Assembly (NCBI RefSeq): GCF_963676685.1 | Contig: NC_092349.1 | Span: 50,778,001-50,842,000 of the forward strand | Source of the DNA: Mytilus edulis | Taxonomy: Eukaryota | Length of the DNA stretch: 64,000 bases | Direction of reading: 5' to 3' | Notes under the pieces: model-generated | Seen by the model: only the letters and a program-made list of their open reading frames with translations | Database searches by the model: none | Told to the model about the DNA's origin: nothing | In this document: piece by piece, positions 61,168 to 64,000 of the stretch | Numbering within the stretch: position 1 is the stretch's first letter | How the letters are laid out: each line of letters begins with the position of its first letter | Translations under genes and position numbers: made by a program

Positions 61168-61660
61168 ATATTACTTAATGTTGTTTTATCATTACTTAAT
61201 AATACTTTGTCTTTATTTGATATGGTTTTGACATTACGTAATGATGTTTTAATATAACTCAATATGAATAGTCATTACTTAATGATATTTCGATATTACA
61301 CGATATGATTTCGTATTGACTTGATATAATTTTGTCATTACTCAATATGGTTTTGTCATTACTCGATGTGGTTTCACCATTATTTAATATGGTTGTGTCA
61401 TTAGTCAATGTGGTTTTAACATTACTTGATGTGTATTTGACTTGACGTAATGTAATTGTTTCATTACATGATGATATTTTGTTATTTCGTAATGATGATT
61501 TGTCTATTCTTTATATGGGTTTAACATAACGTAATGATGTTTCAAAATTTGACCATTTTACACTACTTGATGTGCTTGTTTCATTATTTAATGTGGTATT
61601 GTCATTCTTCGATGTGGTCCTGTCATTCTTTGATGTGGTTATCGCATTACTTGATGAGGT
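61168..61660. repeat. Degenerate 21-bp tandem array
   Basis: About 20 copies of cattacttgatgtggttttgt-like units. Confidence 0.8.
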
Positions 61661-62499
61661 AAAACCACGTGACCAATTCGAAAAAAACCTGTTCTATTTT
61701 TAGATAGATTTCTATGTTGCATGACTGTGCCTTTAATGCATTAGGCCATCCATCTAATTAGTATTCAAACTAAAGTTAGGGTTATTGTTTAAGTTAAACT
61801 TTGAGTGAGTTTTCGAATGAAAGTCATACTTATAATTAAAGTTCTAGTTAGAATTGATTTTCGAATTGGACTTCGAGTTTGAGTCACATTTAAAGGCAGA
61901 GTTCTAGTTACAACTTTGAATTTGAGTTACTTCTTGAGGTAGAGTTTTAGTTGGATTCCAATTGAAGTCTCATTTAGAAATTATTAAGATTTCGAATTGA
62001 AATTCGAGCTATTTTATATTTCTTTTTGAGTTCGTAATTAAATTTTCTATCACGGAACAAGGGCTTTTGCTTGGGCTTCCGAAAAGAGGGCTCCAGGATA
62101 TGCATACTACATAAACAATGTTGCAGTATACAAAACGCAACATAGGAGTTGAAATAAAGTTAGATGTGGTGTGATTGCCATGAGACAACTATCCACCAGA
62201 GTTTAAATGCAGTGGATGTAAGAAATCATATATCGGCAACCGTACAGCCTTCCAAAATCCGTATAGTCAGCTACAAAAAGGCCACCATGCACTATGTGAA
62301 AAACATTCAAACGAAAAAACTAACGGTCTATTTTACAAAAAAACAAATATGACACATATGTATACAACGACAAAAATTGAACTTCATGCTCCTGACTTGG
62401 ATCAGGTACATAAAGAAAGTGCACGTGGCGGAATTTAACATGTATGTGAGAGAACATCGAACTGTAACAGTAGTGTAACAGCACAACACGAGAAAAAAA

Positions 62500-62988
62500 T
62501 GTAAACTAGACAAATCGATGCCCCGCACTCCACTCATTGAACCGCTTGTACCCCAAAAAGGACAAAGTTCATTAATTTTCTCCCATAAGAGGAAAACTAA
62601 TGAAAAGAAAAAACCCTGACCACATGCACACCATCAATACATGTACAAACAGCTAGCAGAGTGATAAATTCCTAGCATTCAATTTGTAGGAGGAGTTATC
62701 TGGAAACACCCTACTTATGCAAGAAAATTTCCCAAATATAAGAAAGTTCAACTTTCTCCCGAAGAGCACATATTAATGAAAATTAAACCCTGACCACATA
62801 CAGCACACCTTCAACATATATGTACAAACAGACAGTAAGGAGAAAACTTCCTAGAATTCAAACTGTTGGAGGAGTTATGCGGAATAACTACATGTATATA
62901 CCCATAATGGGACGGAAAGACGGACGGACAAATGTTAAACACTATGCCCCCAACTTGCAGTTGCTGTAAAGTTGCGGTGGCTTAAAAA
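62500..62988 (+). mobile_element. HINE (Helentron-associated, pearl/CvA-like) element
   Basis: Two ~180-bp internal tandem units, a (GGAC)n microsatellite, ATGCCCC motifs near both ends, and a 3' hairpin caacttgcag...ctgtaaagttg followed by an A-run. Confidence 0.7.
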
Positions 62989-64000
62989 CATTTAAATTGG
63001 CTGGCTCAATCGATCGGTATGACTGGGTAATTTAAATCCATCGGGGTGATCTCGGGTTCCCTAGAAAGGTAAAGAGATTATGATCAACGTGTGGCATCCG
63101 TCGTGTTATTTGCGAAATTACAAACCGAGTGATGTGGTCTTATTTGGAAGTTCACATTCGAGTGAAAGATGAAGGAACATGTTCGCCGTCACATGTGAAA
63201 CAGATATTCCAAAAAGTTTATTTTTCAATTATTGCGAGGTAGATCAGAGAATTCAATTGATTAAAAGTAAAAAGATTGATAATTGTATATATGTTCAAAT
63301 GGTCATTATTTTTTTTTAGAGACTTCTTATTTTATAGTATTGATGCTTTGTCGCTTAGTCCGAGCCCCCTTTTCCGATTTTACTGTGACTTAAGTGTGAG
63401 TTGATTTTTTTTTAACGAAAACGTATTAGTCTTTTGATTTGTGTCGAGCCTGCGACATAAACGTAAAGGCAGTGAGACACAACAAAGTCATCGAAAGTGG
63501 CGTCATTTCGGGACCTTTTATAGCTTACTATGGGGTATGGGTTTTGCTCATTGTTAAAAACCATACAGTTTTGTTTTAGTAAAATAAAACCGAATTAAAC
63601 TGTTTTGACCTGATACATTTATTACCTCCATGAAGTATTTTAAAACTTGTATAGGAGATTTTCTTCAATATCTAGAAAAGGCATCTACAGAAAAACATTT
63701 TTTTTATATTTTTTGACCGATGAATGTACAGCTCATCAACATTACGCTTTTACACTGAAAGCAGCAATATCAGGCGAGACACAGCGTTTCGTGGACTTTT
63801 TTTACAAATTTATTATGATACTGCTTCTATATGAAAACTTATAGATCAAATAACAGGACCAAGTGGTTTGGGGATATCCCAATTATGTCAGTAATACTGT
63901 AAAATTTTAAGGATTTTATTTTTTTTATTATTGTCTGCCGTTCCCTTTTATTCATACCAACCACTCGAACTTTAATTTGATTTTTAACTTTGGCGATACC

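Overview
Eukaryotic, AT-rich and repeat-dense animal DNA. The repeat families and gene style look like a bivalve mollusc (Mytilus-like); this is recognition, not a search result. No prokaryotic genes, CRISPR arrays, rRNA or tRNA were seen. One host gene can be assembled by hand on the minus strand: five phase-compatible GT-AG coding exons (38932-21508) encoding a ~264-aa type I membrane protein (signal peptide, Ig-like domain, second Cys-containing domain, TM helix). Its stop codon lies inside a retroelement-derived repeat. Most of the rest is transposons. 1.8-19.4 kb is a nested stack: a Chapaev-like TIR element containing a Tc1, an Academ element, and a split Mag-type Gypsy holding a Penelope-type repeat, which holds a CR1/L2 LINE, which holds an IS3EU-like MITE. 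At 41729-44078 is a very young pol-less LTR element with apparently identical 677-bp LTRs, encoding a double zinc knuckle plus long coiled coil. At ~46.6-51.4 kb is a decayed Kolobok-type DDE transposase fused to a YqaJ/lambda exonuclease, followed by a spliced Spin/Ssty Tudor-like exon. There are also a CACTA element, Kolobok MITEs, Helentron-type HINEs, Penelope-like RT fragments with decayed hammerhead ribozymes, and minisatellites.
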